From: Patescibacteria group bacterium
Lineage (GTDB): Bacteria > Patescibacteriota > Microgenomatia > Curtissbacterales > GWA2-41-24
Assembly: GCA_038063735.1 (NCBI GenBank)
Contig: JBBTUN010000005.1
Location: 953 to 64,952, forward strand
Direction of reading: 5' to 3'
DNA: 64,000 nucleotides
Shown here: piece by piece, positions 9,369-20,095 of the stretch
How the letters are laid out: each line of letters starts with the position of its first letter
How positions within the stretch are numbered: the first letter of the stretch is position 1
The notes under the pieces: model-generated
The model's input: the letters and a program-made list of their open reading frames with translations, nothing else
What the model was told of the DNA's origin: nothing
Database searches by the model: none
Made by a program: the position numbers and the translations under genes

Positions 9369-12300
9369 ATGGCCAACTTCACTCATCTTCATGTTCATAC
9401 GGAATTTTCTCTTCTAGACGGTTTATCAAAAATAAAAAAACTGGTAACACAAGCCAAAATAATGGGCATGAAAAGCATAGCAATGACAGACCACGGCGCA
9501 ATGTATGGAGCGATAAAATTCTACAACGAGTGCCAAGCAGAAGGCCTAAACCCAATAATAGGCTGTGAAATGTACATAGCCAAAAGATCTTTATCCGATA
9601 AAGAAGCAGGCAAGGACAACGAATACTCTCATTTAACAGTATTATCATGTGACGAAGAGGGCTACAGAAATTTAATGAAGTTGGTAACCATCTCCCACTT
9701 AGAGGGATTCTATTACCGGCCTAGGGTAGATAAAGAATTACTTGCAAAGTATTCCAAAGGTTTAATAGCTTTATCCGGTTGTAATTCTTCCGAAATTTCA
9801 AAAAGTTTTGTGCAAGGCAATTTACAGGAAGCAAAAAAACTGGCCAAAGTTTATACCGAAATATTTGGTCAAAGCAATTTTTATCTTGAAGTCCAAAGAC
9901 ATGAATTTGAAAAGTTTGCAACTGCCCACGAACCAGGCAGTGAAATTTATAACGAATTAACAAGAATGCACAGTGAAGAAATCAAAATAATAAGCGGCGC
10001 GAAAAAATTATCAAAAGATACTGGCCTAAAACTAATCGCAACGAACGATATTCACTATGTTAAGCAACAAGACGCAAATGCCCAAGACGCTATAGTTTGT
10101 ATTCAAACCGGTAAAAACATTTCCGACATTAAAAGGTTGAGAATGATAGACTCCCCTACTTTTTACCTCAAAAGCACGAGCGAAATGGAAGCACTTTTTG
10201 CAGATATGCCAGAAGCCCTGACAAATACCCAAGAGATCGCTAGTCGGGTGAATATCAATCTAAATTTAGGCAAGGTTGCCTTTCCGAATTTTGAAGTACC
10301 TGCAAATACAAATCCCGACGAGTATTTAAAAAAACTATGTTACGAAAGAATCAAAAGTAGGGTTAGTTTAGTTACCGTCGAGATGAAAAAAAGACTGGAC
10401 TACGAACTTTCTGTTATATCCAAAAAAGGCTACTCCACATATTTTTTGGTTGTTGCGGATTTCGTTAACTGGTCACGCGAAAAAGGAATAATCTCCACAA
10501 CCCGTGGCTCTGCTTCCGGAAGCCTTGTGTCTTTTGCGCTTGGCATAACCACAGTTAATCCGCTTTTTTTTAAATTACCATTCGAACGTTTCTTAAATTT
10601 ATACAGGCCAAGCCTGCCCGATATAGATGTAGATTTTGAAGACATAAGAAGGGATGAGGTCATCGCTTATGTGAGGGGAAAGTATGGTCACGACAAAGTA
10701 GCACAAATCGGTACTTTTGGCACAATGATGGCACGTGCCGCAGTTCGTGATGTAGCCCGGGTTCTTGGCTTGCCTTATTCAAAGGCAGATAGAATTGCCA
10801 AAATGATTCCAATCGGAGCGCAGGGTTTTCCAATGTCCATTGACACCGCCAAAAAACAAAATAAAGAATTAGGTTATCTCTACAATCAAGACTCAGAAGT
10901 AAAAGAACTTTTGGATCTCTCGGAAAAGGTGGAAGGCAATGCCAGACACGTTTCGGTGCATGCGGCCGGTGTAGTTATTGGCCCGTCGGAACTCACAAAA
11001 TTTACTCCGCTTCAAAAGGAAACAACCGGAGAAAAAATAATAACTCAATACGACATGCACGATGTTGAAGAAGCAGGTCTTGTGAAAATGGATTTTCTTG
11101 GTATTAGGAATTTATCCATTTTAGGTCAAGCAGTAAAAATAGTCGGCAAAACCAAGAAAATAGAAATTGATCTTTCCAAAATAGCACTAGACGATAAAAA
11201 ATCTTTCGAAATTCTTGCCAAAGGTGAAACCATGGGCCTGTTCCAACTTGGCGGAACCGGTATGACACGCTACTTAAAAGAACTACGCCCGTCATCAATT
11301 TTTGACATTATGGCAATGATCTCTTTGTTTAGGCCGGGGCCGATGAATTCTATCCCGGAGTTTATCGAAAGAAAACATAACTCAAAAAAAATCATTTATT
11401 TTGACCCGCGCATGAAAGATTATCTTGATCAGTCTTACGGTGTAATTGTTTACCAGGACGACGTTTTATTAACCGCCATAAATATTGCCGGATATAACTG
11501 GGAGGAAGCAGACAACTTTAGGAAAGCCATGGGTAAAAAAATTCCTGCAGAAATGGCTAAACAAAAAGAAAAGTTTATAGATGGAGCGATCAAAAACGGT
11601 ATGACTCCTAAAAAAGCCGACGAACTATTTAAGTTAATAGAGCCGTTCGCTGCCTACGGATTTAATAAAGCGCATGCTGCAAGCTACGCTATCATCGCTT
11701 ACGAAACTGCTTATATGAAAGCTAATTACCCGGTAGAATTTATGACTGCAGTCATGACGGCAGAAGCTGACGACCCTGACAAAATAGCTATGGCGGTTGA
11801 TGAGTGCGGGAAAATGGGTATTTTAGTTTTGCCACCAAACATTAACAAATCCGACACGGGTTTTAATATTGAGGCGATAACAGACGATGAATTTAAGGCC
11901 GAAGTTAAAAGAGGCATTATTTACCGCGACACAATACGTTTTGGCCTGTCTGCCATAAAAAATGTTGGCCGTGCTGCAATCGAGGCAATAATCACCGAAA
12001 GGGATGCAAAAGGTGAATTCACATCACTAGATAATTTCGCCAAAAGGATAAATCTGCGCGCCGTTAATAGAAAAACCATGGAAAGTTTAATAAAAGCGGG
12101 TGCCATGGATAAATTTGGAAACCGAAATGCCATGCTAAAAGTTTTAGACGAACTTAAATCAACCGGCACTTCACTGACTAAGGCAATCAGCGAAGGCCAG
12201 GGTTTATTATTCGATACGGCCGAACTTGCAGAAGCGTCAGTTCCTTCTTCTATTGATCACATGCTGCAAACAACCCAAGAGGCGCCAAGAGAAGAAATAT

Positions 12301-12914
12301 TGTCTTGGGAAAGAGAGCTGCTAGGATTTTATTTAACAGAACACCCCTTGGCCAAATTAAAAGACAAACTGGAAAAGATTGTCAGCCTTAAAATAGGAGA
12401 AATAGACCCGGCAGCACACTCCGGCAAAATGATAAGGCTTGCAGGCATTATAGCCTCCATAAGAAAAACGGTTACCAAGGTTAAAAAAGAAGAGATGTGT
12501 TTTATTAGGCTTCAAGATATGTCTGGTACAGTGGAAGTTCTTGTGTTCCCCAGAACTTATGAGGTTGCCAAAAATGTCATAGAGCCTGATCAAATAGTAG
12601 TAATTAGTGGCAAGCTGGAAGCGGGGGAAGACACCCCGGTTTTAATTGCTAGCGACATAACTACTCTTGCTTCACATGATATAGATGACAAGCTTTCAGG
12701 CGAAGAAGTAAATATCACCTTGCCCCCTCAGGCTGACCGCATTCTGCTCTCTAAAATTTACGAAGTCCTAAAAGAAAGCCCTGGAAACATAGCCACCTAT
12801 TTGCTTTTGCCCGGTAGTGATAGTGAAAGTAGGAAAATCCCTGTGCCCTTTACCATATCCCGTTCATTTCACCTCGACACAGAGCTGGAATCCCTCGGTT
12901 GTAAAATAATGTAA
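9369..12914 (+). CDS. dnaE: DNA polymerase III alpha subunit
   Basis: HLHVHTEFSLLDG PHP domain, PDIDVD, KMDFLG, YGFNKAHA, C-terminal OB fold. Confidence 0.98.
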   Translation: MANFTHLHVHTEFSLLDGLSKIKKLVTQAKIMGMKSIAMTDHGAMYGAIKFYNECQAEGLNPIIGCEMYIAKRSLSDKEAGKDNEYSHLTVLSCDEEGYRNLMKLVTISHLEGFYYRPRVDKELLAKYSKGLIALSGCNSSEISKSFVQGNLQEAKKLAKVYTEIFGQSNFYLEVQRHEFEKFATAHEPGSEIYNELTRMHSEEIKIISGAKKLSKDTGLKLIATNDIHYVKQQDANAQDAIVCIQTGKNISDIKRLRMIDSPTFYLKSTSEMEALFADMPEALTNTQEIASRVNINLNLGKVAFPNFEVPANTNPDEYLKKLCYERIKSRVSLVTVEMKKRLDYELSVISKKGYSTYFLVVADFVNWSREKGIISTTRGSASGSLVSFALGITTVNPLFFKLPFERFLNLYRPSLPDIDVDFEDIRRDEVIAYVRGKYGHDKVAQIGTFGTMMARAAVRDVARVLGLPYSKADRIAKMIPIGAQGFPMSIDTAKKQNKELGYLYNQDSEVKELLDLSEKVEGNARHVSVHAAGVVIGPSELTKFTPLQKETTGEKIITQYDMHDVEEAGLVKMDFLGIRNLSILGQAVKIVGKTKKIEIDLSKIALDDKKSFEILAKGETMGLFQLGGTGMTRYLKELRPSSIFDIMAMISLFRPGPMNSIPEFIERKHNSKKIIYFDPRMKDYLDQSYGVIVYQDDVLLTAINIAGYNWEEADNFRKAMGKKIPAEMAKQKEKFIDGAIKNGMTPKKADELFKLIEPFAAYGFNKAHAASYAIIAYETAYMKANYPVEFMTAVMTAEADDPDKIAMAVDECGKMGILVLPPNINKSDTGFNIEAITDDEFKAEVKRGIIYRDTIRFGLSAIKNVGRAAIEAIITERDAKGEFTSLDNFAKRINLRAVNRKTMESLIKAGAMDKFGNRNAMLKVLDELKSTGTSLTKAISEGQGLLFDTAELAEASVPSSIDHMLQTTQEAPREEILSWERELLGFYLTEHPLAKLKDKLEKIVSLKIGEIDPAAHSGKMIRLAGIIASIRKTVTKVKKEEMCFIRLQDMSGTVEVLVFPRTYEVAKNVIEPDQIVVISGKLEAGEDTPVLIASDITTLASHDIDDKLSGEEVNITLPPQADRILLSKIYEVLKESPGNIATYLLLPGSDSESRKIPVPFTISRSFHLDTELESLGCKIM

Positions 12915-12957
12915 ATAATTTACAAAAAACCCGAAATTCGCTATACTTACAATTCGT

Positions 12958-13239
12958 ATGGATATAGCAAGTTTCAAAGTTGGCGATATTATTAAGGTTC
13001 TAACAAAAGACAGCCAGGAGAAAAAGGTGCATGCATCCGCTTTCGAAGGTGTTGTCATGGCATTTCGTGGCCAGGTTGGTGAGCAGACCTTTACAGTCAG
13101 AAAAAGAGGGGCAGACGGCGTGTTTGTAGAAAGAATCTTTCCGCTGGCCAGTCCATCTATCGAAAAAATAGTGGTGGTTAAGACTAACTCTGTTAGACGC
13201 GCCAAGCTCTACTATCTCCGCAATAAACAAAAAAAGTAA
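12958..13239 (+). CDS. rplS: 50S ribosomal protein L19
   Basis: FKVGD, FEGVV, TFTVRK, VERIFP, VRRAKLYYLR. Confidence 0.97.
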   Translation: MDIASFKVGDIIKVLTKDSQEKKVHASAFEGVVMAFRGQVGEQTFTVRKRGADGVFVERIFPLASPSIEKIVVVKTNSVRRAKLYYLRNKQKK

Positions 13240-13243
13240 GTCA

Positions 13244-13858
13244 ATGGTCCTGCCAACACTAAAGGTTGAAAAGAGTCTTTGGAAAAAAGGCCTTGCAAAT
13301 GTCGTTGGAATAGATGAAGTCGGTCGCGGTTCCTGGGCAGGGCCACTCGTGGCAGCAGGAGTAATCCTGCCAAAAAACTTCATAGCCCCAAAAAATTTTG
13401 CTGATTCAAAACAAATCTCACTAACACTGCGCACACAGTTTGATAAATTTATTAGACAACAAGCTAAATGTGTCGCTGTCGCCGAAATTTCACACACTAC
13501 AATAAACAAAATTGGCGTTGGTATTGCCAATCAAATGGCCTTTCGTAAAGTGTTAAAATTACTAGCAATTCCTGCAGATTTTGTGCTCGTGGATGCCTTT
13601 CATATCAAATACTTGGCAAAGTCCGCACAAAACCCGATTAAGCACGGAGACCAGCTTGTAACAAGTATTGCTGCAGCCTCCATTGTCGCTAAGGTTTATC
13701 GGGATAACCTTATGCAGGGTCTAGCCCAAAGTTTCCCCAAATACGGTTTTGAAAAGCATAAAGGTTATGGCACAAAAATACACCAGGAGGCCATACAAAA
13801 ATACGGTTTCTGCCGAATACACCGCGTCAACTACAATCTCAACTTTCTCTTTACGTGA
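13244..13858 (+). CDS. rnhB: Ribonuclease HII
   Basis: GIDEVGRG, DSK, IAAASIVAKVYRD, KGYGT. Confidence 0.97.
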   Translation: MVLPTLKVEKSLWKKGLANVVGIDEVGRGSWAGPLVAAGVILPKNFIAPKNFADSKQISLTLRTQFDKFIRQQAKCVAVAEISHTTINKIGVGIANQMAFRKVLKLLAIPADFVLVDAFHIKYLAKSAQNPIKHGDQLVTSIAAASIVAKVYRDNLMQGLAQSFPKYGFEKHKGYGTKIHQEAIQKYGFCRIHRVNYNLNFLFT

Positions 13859-14208
13859 ACAAAACTGCGCTTGGTAAGTACGGAGAAGACTTAGCCGGCG
13901 CTTATCTTACAAAGCTCGGCTACAAAATAATCGAACGTAATTTCCGAATTAGGGGCGGAGAAATAGACATTATAGCCACAGATGTCAACACGCTTGTGTA
14001 CGTTGAAGTTAAAACGAGGTCAACTCACCAGTTCGGGCTCCCGGAGGAATCGGTTAACTATTACAAACTAAAATTTATGGAACGTGCTTCAAAATTTTAC
14101 AGGCTGCAAAGGAAAAACCTTCCAGAGCTGGAAAGAATTGATGTAGTATCAGTCGACCTTTCAGGCAGTGAAGCAAAAATCAAGCTTATCAAAAACGCCT
14201 CACTTTGA
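13855..14208 (+). CDS. yraN: YraN family endonuclease-like protein
   Basis: GEDLA, GEIDII, VEVKTR, RIDVV. Confidence 0.92.
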   Translation: MNKTALGKYGEDLAGAYLTKLGYKIIERNFRIRGGEIDIIATDVNTLVYVEVKTRSTHQFGLPEESVNYYKLKFMERASKFYRLQRKNLPELERIDVVSVDLSGSEAKIKLIKNASL

Positions 14209-14240
14209 ACTTATAGTAAACGAGGTGTATAATCACCCAT

Positions 14241-14729
14241 ATGCCAAACGAAAGACAACAAACATTGCCAGATCAGCCTTCTTTAGCTAGAAGAGGGTCA
14301 CTTTCAAAGGCTATGGAACAAAGAAGAAGGTACCATCACGAGCAGGGCAAGTGGGGAACTAAAGCCTCGATTATGTTTTTAACGTTGGCCGAATTGTGGA
14401 GGACATCCGTGGGTTCAAACATCGCCCAACAATCTGGGCAATCCGTAGAAGATATTGCTGCTGAAATGGGTTACAACACGCAAGAAAAAGAATTTCGAAC
14501 AGTATTAAGGAAAATGAAAAGAGCAAATACATCGGCAAAAAGAGTTGCAGGGTTAATGGCTTGGGAAACAGAAATAATAGCAAGAAAGACTAACGACCAA
14601 ATAGGATGGACTGCAAGTTTCTTGGACAGTAGTCTAGATATTTTAGGTCAAGAATTTCGCTTAAAACCATCTTATGTTCAAAAGTTAAAAATTCAAGCCT
14701 TCCAGCGGCCTTTAAGTTTGGCAAGTTAA
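14241..14729 (+). CDS. Hypothetical protein
   Basis: 162-aa ORF with its own TATAAT 7 nt before the ATG; no family recognised. Confidence 0.6.
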   Translation: MPNERQQTLPDQPSLARRGSLSKAMEQRRRYHHEQGKWGTKASIMFLTLAELWRTSVGSNIAQQSGQSVEDIAAEMGYNTQEKEFRTVLRKMKRANTSAKRVAGLMAWETEIIARKTNDQIGWTASFLDSSLDILGQEFRLKPSYVQKLKIQAFQRPLSLAS

Positions 14730-15691
14730 ACCTTCACTAGCCCAAACGGTTCTTTTCCTTCCAAAACATCAATAATATTTTGCGCCGCGATCCTGCTCAT
14801 CTCATTCCTCGTCTCAAAAGTTGCAGACGCTGTGTGCGGGGAAAATATTACATTTTCCATCCCAAGTAGTTCTTTAGAGATCTCCGGCTCATGCTCATAA
14901 ACATCAAGACCCGCTCCCGCAATTTCTTTTTTCTTTATTGCCCAAACTAATGCTTCTTCGTCTACAATTGGCCCGCGGGCGGTATTTATCAAAATTGCCG
15001 AATTTTTCATAAGGCGCAACTCCTCTTTGCCGATTAAATGCTTTGTTTGCTCTGTCAGTGGAACATGCAAACTAACAATATCCGAATCTTTTAAAATTTT
15101 GTGCACTGGCGCAAATTGTGCATCTGTTAAAAGTTCAAAATCTTCAGCTCGCCTAATATCAAAATACAGAATTTTCATCCTGAAACCGCCATTTGCTATT
15201 TGCCCGACAAAAGTGCCTATCCTGCCAAGGCCAATTATGCCGATGGTTTGCCCCCATACTTGGTGAGACAAAAATAAATTAGGATCCCATTTTTTGTATT
15301 TTCCGTCCCGTACAAACCGATCCTGTTGTGTGATCATTTTATTAAGTGCCAGAATCATTGCAAAAGTGTGTTCCGCAACCGATTCACTTGCAACCCCGGG
15401 AGTGTTGCACACCGCGATTCCCCTTGCGTTTGCTGCCCTAGCATCAATGTTGTCAAATCCTACGGCAAAATTAGCAATAACCTTTAAGTGCTTGGAAGCA
15501 AAATCTATGACGCCTGCATCTATTTTATTTGTTAAAAAAGAAAGCACAGCATCATAGTCTCCGACAATTTTTTTTAATCCTTCAACAGTCAAATCCCGGC
15601 TTGATTTATTAATTTCGACCTTATAGCCTTTTTTTAAGAGAAGATTAACCCCAATTTCTGGTATAGGGTTTGTAATATAAACACTGGGCAT
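14726..15691 (-). CDS. D-2-hydroxyacid dehydrogenase (glyoxylate reductase / D-glycerate dehydrogenase-like)
   Basis: AVGFDNID, GIIGLGRIG, INTARG, GLDVYEHEP, PHTAS. Confidence 0.92.
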   Translation of the reverse strand: MPSVYITNPIPEIGVNLLLKKGYKVEINKSSRDLTVEGLKKIVGDYDAVLSFLTNKIDAGVIDFASKHLKVIANFAVGFDNIDARAANARGIAVCNTPGVASESVAEHTFAMILALNKMITQQDRFVRDGKYKKWDPNLFLSHQVWGQTIGIIGLGRIGTFVGQIANGGFRMKILYFDIRRAEDFELLTDAQFAPVHKILKDSDIVSLHVPLTEQTKHLIGKEELRLMKNSAILINTARGPIVDEEALVWAIKKKEIAGAGLDVYEHEPEISKELLGMENVIFSPHTASATFETRNEMSRIAAQNIIDVLEGKEPFGLVKV

Positions 15692-15711
15692 TAAATATTA
15701 TTTTAGTCTAT

Positions 15712-16713
15712 CTAGAAGTTTCTGACTACCATCTCCGGTACAGATTTACGATAACGCAGTAAATCTTCCTTTTTCATCTGCCCCGTTTGCGGGCCTAAAT
15801 GTCTAAGCACATGTGACGCATTAATTGTTCCCCAAATCATTGCTTCACCGATTGTTTCGCCATTTATAAGTGCGCTAATAAAAGAAGCACAATAAGCATC
15901 GCCCACACCGGTTTTTTCTACAATTTGGGCGGGGAAAACACCTGCCTTTAATATTTTATTGCCATCACTAGTGTAGGAACCTTCCTCACCATCTGTTATC
16001 AAAATAATTTTAGGTCCCAAAAGATGCAGTTTTGCGAGTAGGTCATGAATATCAACTCTTTGCACAGGGTCAATTTCCAGTATTTTTTTAGCCTCCTCCA
16101 CATTACAAGCCAAAAGCTCACAGCGTTCAAGCGTTTTGGGGTACCTTTTAATGTTTGCCTTAATTTGAAATGTTCCGGGTGCAAAAGCCAGCTTTGCTCC
16201 TGTTTTATCTATATAATGCGCAACCTCGTCCACGATGTTGGAGTCGATAAAAGATTGAGACACGGAAGTAAAATAAACCCATTTTGTCCTCGCCAGGTCC
16301 GGCAAATGATAAAACCAGGGCTGATGATAAACAAAAGCCGTACGCTCACCCTGAAAAGTGATAATAGCGGAAGTATTAGAGGCTTTAGAGGCATCGACCA
16401 CTATATAGTCGCTACCGACGCCGGCCTTCTCAAGGGTGGTTTTGATTAATTTTCCCTCGGTGTCTCCCCCCACATTAGTATAAATTGCTGTCCCGATACC
16501 AAGCTTTGCAGCAGCCGTAGCAACGTTTGCAGCGTTACCGGCAACAGCCCGAAAGATGCCCTCCACGGGAATTTTGTCTCCATACGAAACACAGAGGCGA
16601 CACGCTTCGTGGTTAATATCGCACTCAACAGTCGCATCGTGAATCTTAATAAAAGTGTCGATAGTGCTGTCACCAATTGTAATAAGGTCATATGCAGTAT
16701 TATCAGCCGTCAT
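15712..16713 (-). CDS. PfkB family carbohydrate kinase
   Basis: GNAANVA, ITDGEEG, EKTGVGDAY. Confidence 0.9.
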   Translation of the reverse strand: MTADNTAYDLITIGDSTIDTFIKIHDATVECDINHEACRLCVSYGDKIPVEGIFRAVAGNAANVATAAAKLGIGTAIYTNVGGDTEGKLIKTTLEKAGVGSDYIVVDASKASNTSAIITFQGERTAFVYHQPWFYHLPDLARTKWVYFTSVSQSFIDSNIVDEVAHYIDKTGAKLAFAPGTFQIKANIKRYPKTLERCELLACNVEEAKKILEIDPVQRVDIHDLLAKLHLLGPKIILITDGEEGSYTSDGNKILKAGVFPAQIVEKTGVGDAYCASFISALINGETIGEAMIWGTINASHVLRHLGPQTGQMKKEDLLRYRKSVPEMVVRNF

Positions 16714-17336
16714 ATTTGAAAATCAGGATGGTTGTGTTTATGCATGATCGCCGGCAACGTCAATTTAAAGGCATCAATAGCAGCTATAACTTGTTCCGGC
16801 TTATTTACAATTTTAAAAACCTGCCTCTCCTCCGAGCGGATATACATGCCTCGTGTAAAAGCAAAAATTATTTCCTGCCAAAAGTCACCGTATAAAATGA
16901 GAGGCTTATGGTGGCCAAAATAAAGCCTTGCAAGGCCCCAAGCCATTCCAAACTCACTAATTGTGCCGGTGCCGCCGTTGAAAATAATAAATATTTGCCC
17001 CTCTTCCAAAAGTTTCAGGGTTCTTTGCAGATAGTTTTTTTCAACGATTAACTCATCAACTTTATTTGTTTTATCCCGTCCTTCAAACATCGGGATATCA
17101 TCAGGATAAAAAGTAATACCAATCGCCTTACCGCCGCCTTTATGGGCACCCATCGTCGCCGCTTTCATAATACCCGGCCCGGCACCGTTAACTACCGTAT
17201 ACCCTTCGCGGGCGCACAACCTTGCAACTTCGAAAGCCGCCTTAAACGGATCATCTGCTTCCTTAGCATCTGCATAACCCAAAAATGTTATTTTCTCAAC
17301 AACAGGAACAATTTTTCGGGCAGTGGAAGTCATCAA
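16710..17336 (-). CDS. LOG family (AMP nucleosidase-like) protein
   Basis: NGAGPGIMKAA, GGTGTISE. Confidence 0.88.
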   Translation of the reverse strand: MMTSTARKIVPVVEKITFLGYADAKEADDPFKAAFEVARLCAREGYTVVNGAGPGIMKAATMGAHKGGGKAIGITFYPDDIPMFEGRDKTNKVDELIVEKNYLQRTLKLLEEGQIFIIFNGGTGTISEFGMAWGLARLYFGHHKPLILYGDFWQEIIFAFTRGMYIRSEERQVFKIVNKPEQVIAAIDAFKLTLPAIMHKHNHPDFQI

Positions 17337-17345
17337 ACTTAATTA

Positions 17346-17987
17346 TCAGCCCAACGCAGCAAGCTTCGCAAGTTTAGCGTAAGCTACGTTAAAATCTTCC
17401 GCTCCAAATAAAGCGGAGGAGGCAACCAGATAATCGGCGCCGTTCTCGCTTAACCTGCGCACATTACTTGCATTCACTCCAATGTCAACTTCAATTGGCA
17501 GTTGTCTATCCAGCCTTTTAACTTTTTGTATCCGTTCATATGTATCAATACCCAACTTTTGTCCGGAAAAACCAGGTTTCCCTGTCATCAATAGCAATAA
17601 ATCCAAGTTACCAAAGTGTTTAACAGCAGATTCAATAGGAGTTTCGGGGTTCAAAGAAAGCCCCACATTCTTACCAGCCTTTCTAATTAAATATATACAC
17701 TCGTTAATATCATGGCTAATTTCCAACGGAAAAATAATACGGGATACAAAGTCTACTTCTTTAAGTTGGCTGATATAATTTGCCGGACCAACAACCATTA
17801 GCTGAACCTCTAAAGGGACCTTCGGCCGGTATTTCTTTATAACATCACAGCCAACAGTCCTGCTTTTGGCGAAATTACCGTCAACAACATCTATCTGGAT
17901 AAGTTCCGCAGCCTCCTCTGCTATCTTTAGCTTGTTACTGTATTCACTTTCATCATTTGTTAAAATCCCCGGTACTATAATAGCCAT
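17346..17987 (-). CDS. rpe: Ribulose-phosphate 3-epimerase
   Basis: IDVVDGNF, SLNPETP, PGFSGQ, EVDIGV; two usual metal-binding His appear as Gln (IQID, EVQLM). Confidence 0.85.
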   Translation of the reverse strand: MAIIVPGILTNDESEYSNKLKIAEEAAELIQIDVVDGNFAKSRTVGCDVIKKYRPKVPLEVQLMVVGPANYISQLKEVDFVSRIIFPLEISHDINECIYLIRKAGKNVGLSLNPETPIESAVKHFGNLDLLLLMTGKPGFSGQKLGIDTYERIQKVKRLDRQLPIEVDIGVNASNVRRLSENGADYLVASSALFGAEDFNVAYAKLAKLAALG

Positions 17988-18022
17988 ATAATTAAAAATT
18001 CTAAATTCTAAATTCTAAATTT

Positions 18023-19366
18023 CTATAGCACATAATCTTCACCCTCTTGCGGCATATTTACTTTTATCTTTAGCTTTGTTTCAATCTCCTTCGCCAAAAT
18101 CTCTGCTTGCTCACTTTCTCCATGAACCAAAAATACCTGCTTTAAAGAACCAACACGGGACACCCAGTTAACAAGTTGAGGCATATCGGCGTGGGCAGAA
18201 TAAGACCCTATGGATTTAATATTCGCCCGAACCGTAACCTTCTTACCAAAAATCTTCACTTCGCTCTCGCCCTCAAAAAGTCTTCTGCCTAAAGTGCCGT
18301 TTGCCTGATATCCGATAAAAAGCAAAGTACAGCTAGAATCTTCCAGGTAGCGAATGGCATGGTGCAAAATTCTTCCCCCGTTCATCATCCCACTCCCTGC
18401 AATAATAATTTTTGGATTCGCTTGTTTTTCAATGGCCTTAGATTCTTCACTCGTTGGTGTAATGTGCACAAGTCCATAACCAAAATAATCGCCGTTGTCG
18501 TGGCCTTCTTTAACTTCATTATTCAAATATGTGGGGTATTTTCTAAAAACCTCCGTTACTTTTAAAGCCAAAGGGCTGTCTAAATAAAAAGTTGGTTTGG
18601 CGCATCCCTGTACCGAGCAAAAATCTTCAATGTCATGTAAAACCTCCTGCGTTCTTTCAATTGCAAAACTGGGAATTAAAAGCACGGTATTATTAACAAT
18701 AGTGCTATTAATAACAGCAGCAAGTTTTTCTTTTCGCATGTTAAGATCCTCATGAACACGCCCTCCGTAAGTGCTTTCACATATAACATAGTCGGCTTCA
18801 TCAACAAACTGTGGAGGGTTTAAAAGTAGAGAAGGAGTGTTTCCTAAATCGCTTGTGTAGGCAAGTTTCTTATCCTCGGTTTCCAAGACACAAATAGCAG
18901 AACCGAGTATGTGCCCCGCATTTTTAAAACGCAGCTTTATGTTGGGAGCTATCTCAAGTGCTTGCTCGTATTCTATTGTTTCAAATAAGTTCATTACGCC
19001 TGTTACATGATCGGCTGTATACAATGGTTGGTGCTTATCACGCCTCGATTCCTCACGCATCAATTTTTCCGTATCGTCAAGTACTAAGCGCGCAAGTTCT
19101 TTCGTAGGACCTGTAGAAAAAATTTTGCCCCTGAATCCTTCTTTATACAACTTTGGAAACCTGCCGACATGGTCCAGGTGTGCATGGCAAAGAATTGCAA
19201 AGTCGACAGTACCCGCATTAAAAGGGAATGGGGCATAATTTCTCTCTTCGGCAAGCCTGAAGCCCTGAAACATTCCACACTCAAGCAGGATTTTTTTCCC
19301 GGCCGCCTCAACCAATATATTAGATCCGGTTACCTCGCGGCACGCTCCATAAAAAGAAAGACGCAT
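18023..19366 (-). CDS. MBL-fold / beta-CASP metallo-hydrolase (putative RNase)
   Basis: EVTGS, HAHLDH, AGHILGS, ESTYG, SAHAD, LVHGE; ATG at 19366. Confidence 0.92.
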   Translation of the reverse strand: MRLSFYGACREVTGSNILVEAAGKKILLECGMFQGFRLAEERNYAPFPFNAGTVDFAILCHAHLDHVGRFPKLYKEGFRGKIFSTGPTKELARLVLDDTEKLMREESRRDKHQPLYTADHVTGVMNLFETIEYEQALEIAPNIKLRFKNAGHILGSAICVLETEDKKLAYTSDLGNTPSLLLNPPQFVDEADYVICESTYGGRVHEDLNMRKEKLAAVINSTIVNNTVLLIPSFAIERTQEVLHDIEDFCSVQGCAKPTFYLDSPLALKVTEVFRKYPTYLNNEVKEGHDNGDYFGYGLVHITPTSEESKAIEKQANPKIIIAGSGMMNGGRILHHAIRYLEDSSCTLLFIGYQANGTLGRRLFEGESEVKIFGKKVTVRANIKSIGSYSAHADMPQLVNWVSRVGSLKQVFLVHGESEQAEILAKEIETKLKIKVNMPQEGEDYVL

Positions 19367-19424
19367 TAACTCTAGTATCAAGAATTACGAATTATGAATC
19401 AAGGATTAAAAATTTACTAAGAAG

Positions 19425-20000
19425 TTATTTGTCCGCTGAAAGAAACTTGAGTTTTAAATATTTACCGAAATCTTGCAGTTCACCCCTATAGGCAAGTAAG
19501 TTAGTTGCCGTCAAGTTCTCGCCTGATGGATCCAATGATGTTTCCTGTATTTCCATTCTAACGGTCCCATCTCCATATGGTTTTAAAACTATTCTTTTCT
19601 CGTAGGGTGTATTTCGTCCGCTATAAAAATGGTCTAAGTGACCCATCACCTTTCTACCTTCAGCAAGATTACTTTTTCTTAACGCTTCAAGTGACTCATC
19701 AGATTGGTCTTCGTCAAAGCGTTTTGACAACGAATCAGCTTCTAGAGATTGCAGATCAATCCAAGGGGTTAAACGCTGTTTATCATCTAAATGACCCTCG
19801 CAAGAGGCGGCAGTATTAACATCCAATAAATTTAACGCTACGACAGCTTCAAATATACCTGGGTCGATGGGTTGAGATAATTTGTCAGCCACATGAGAAA
19901 ATTCTTCAACTTTAGCATCCCATTCTGCCTGTTTGGGCGAAGAGGCAGAAATTTCTACGTGATTTTCGTCCTTACCCTCACCCTGATCTGGTGTATCCAT
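19425..20000 (-). CDS. Hypothetical protein with T..SCEGH motif
   Basis: ATG at 20000 with TATAAT 6 nt upstream; GIFEAVVALN..NTAASCEGH. Confidence 0.7.
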   Translation of the reverse strand: MDTPDQGEGKDENHVEISASSPKQAEWDAKVEEFSHVADKLSQPIDPGIFEAVVALNLLDVNTAASCEGHLDDKQRLTPWIDLQSLEADSLSKRFDEDQSDESLEALRKSNLAEGRKVMGHLDHFYSGRNTPYEKRIVLKPYGDGTVRMEIQETSLDPSGENLTATNLLAYRGELQDFGKYLKLKFLSADK

Positions 20001-20024
20001 AGATCGATTATAACAACTTAGCAA

Positions 20025-20073
20025 AAAGCCAGGCTTTTAACAAAGGTGACAGATCTCCTTAAAGCCTGGCTTT
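20025..20073. repeat. Inverted pair of 13-bp quasi-palindromes (AAAGCCWGGCTTT), REP-like or operator
   Basis: AAAGCCAGGCTTT at 20025-20037 and AAAGCCTGGCTTT at 20061-20073, between divergent genes. Confidence 0.7.
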
Positions 20074-20095
20074 GACTTGGCGCTGACAGTGTAAA

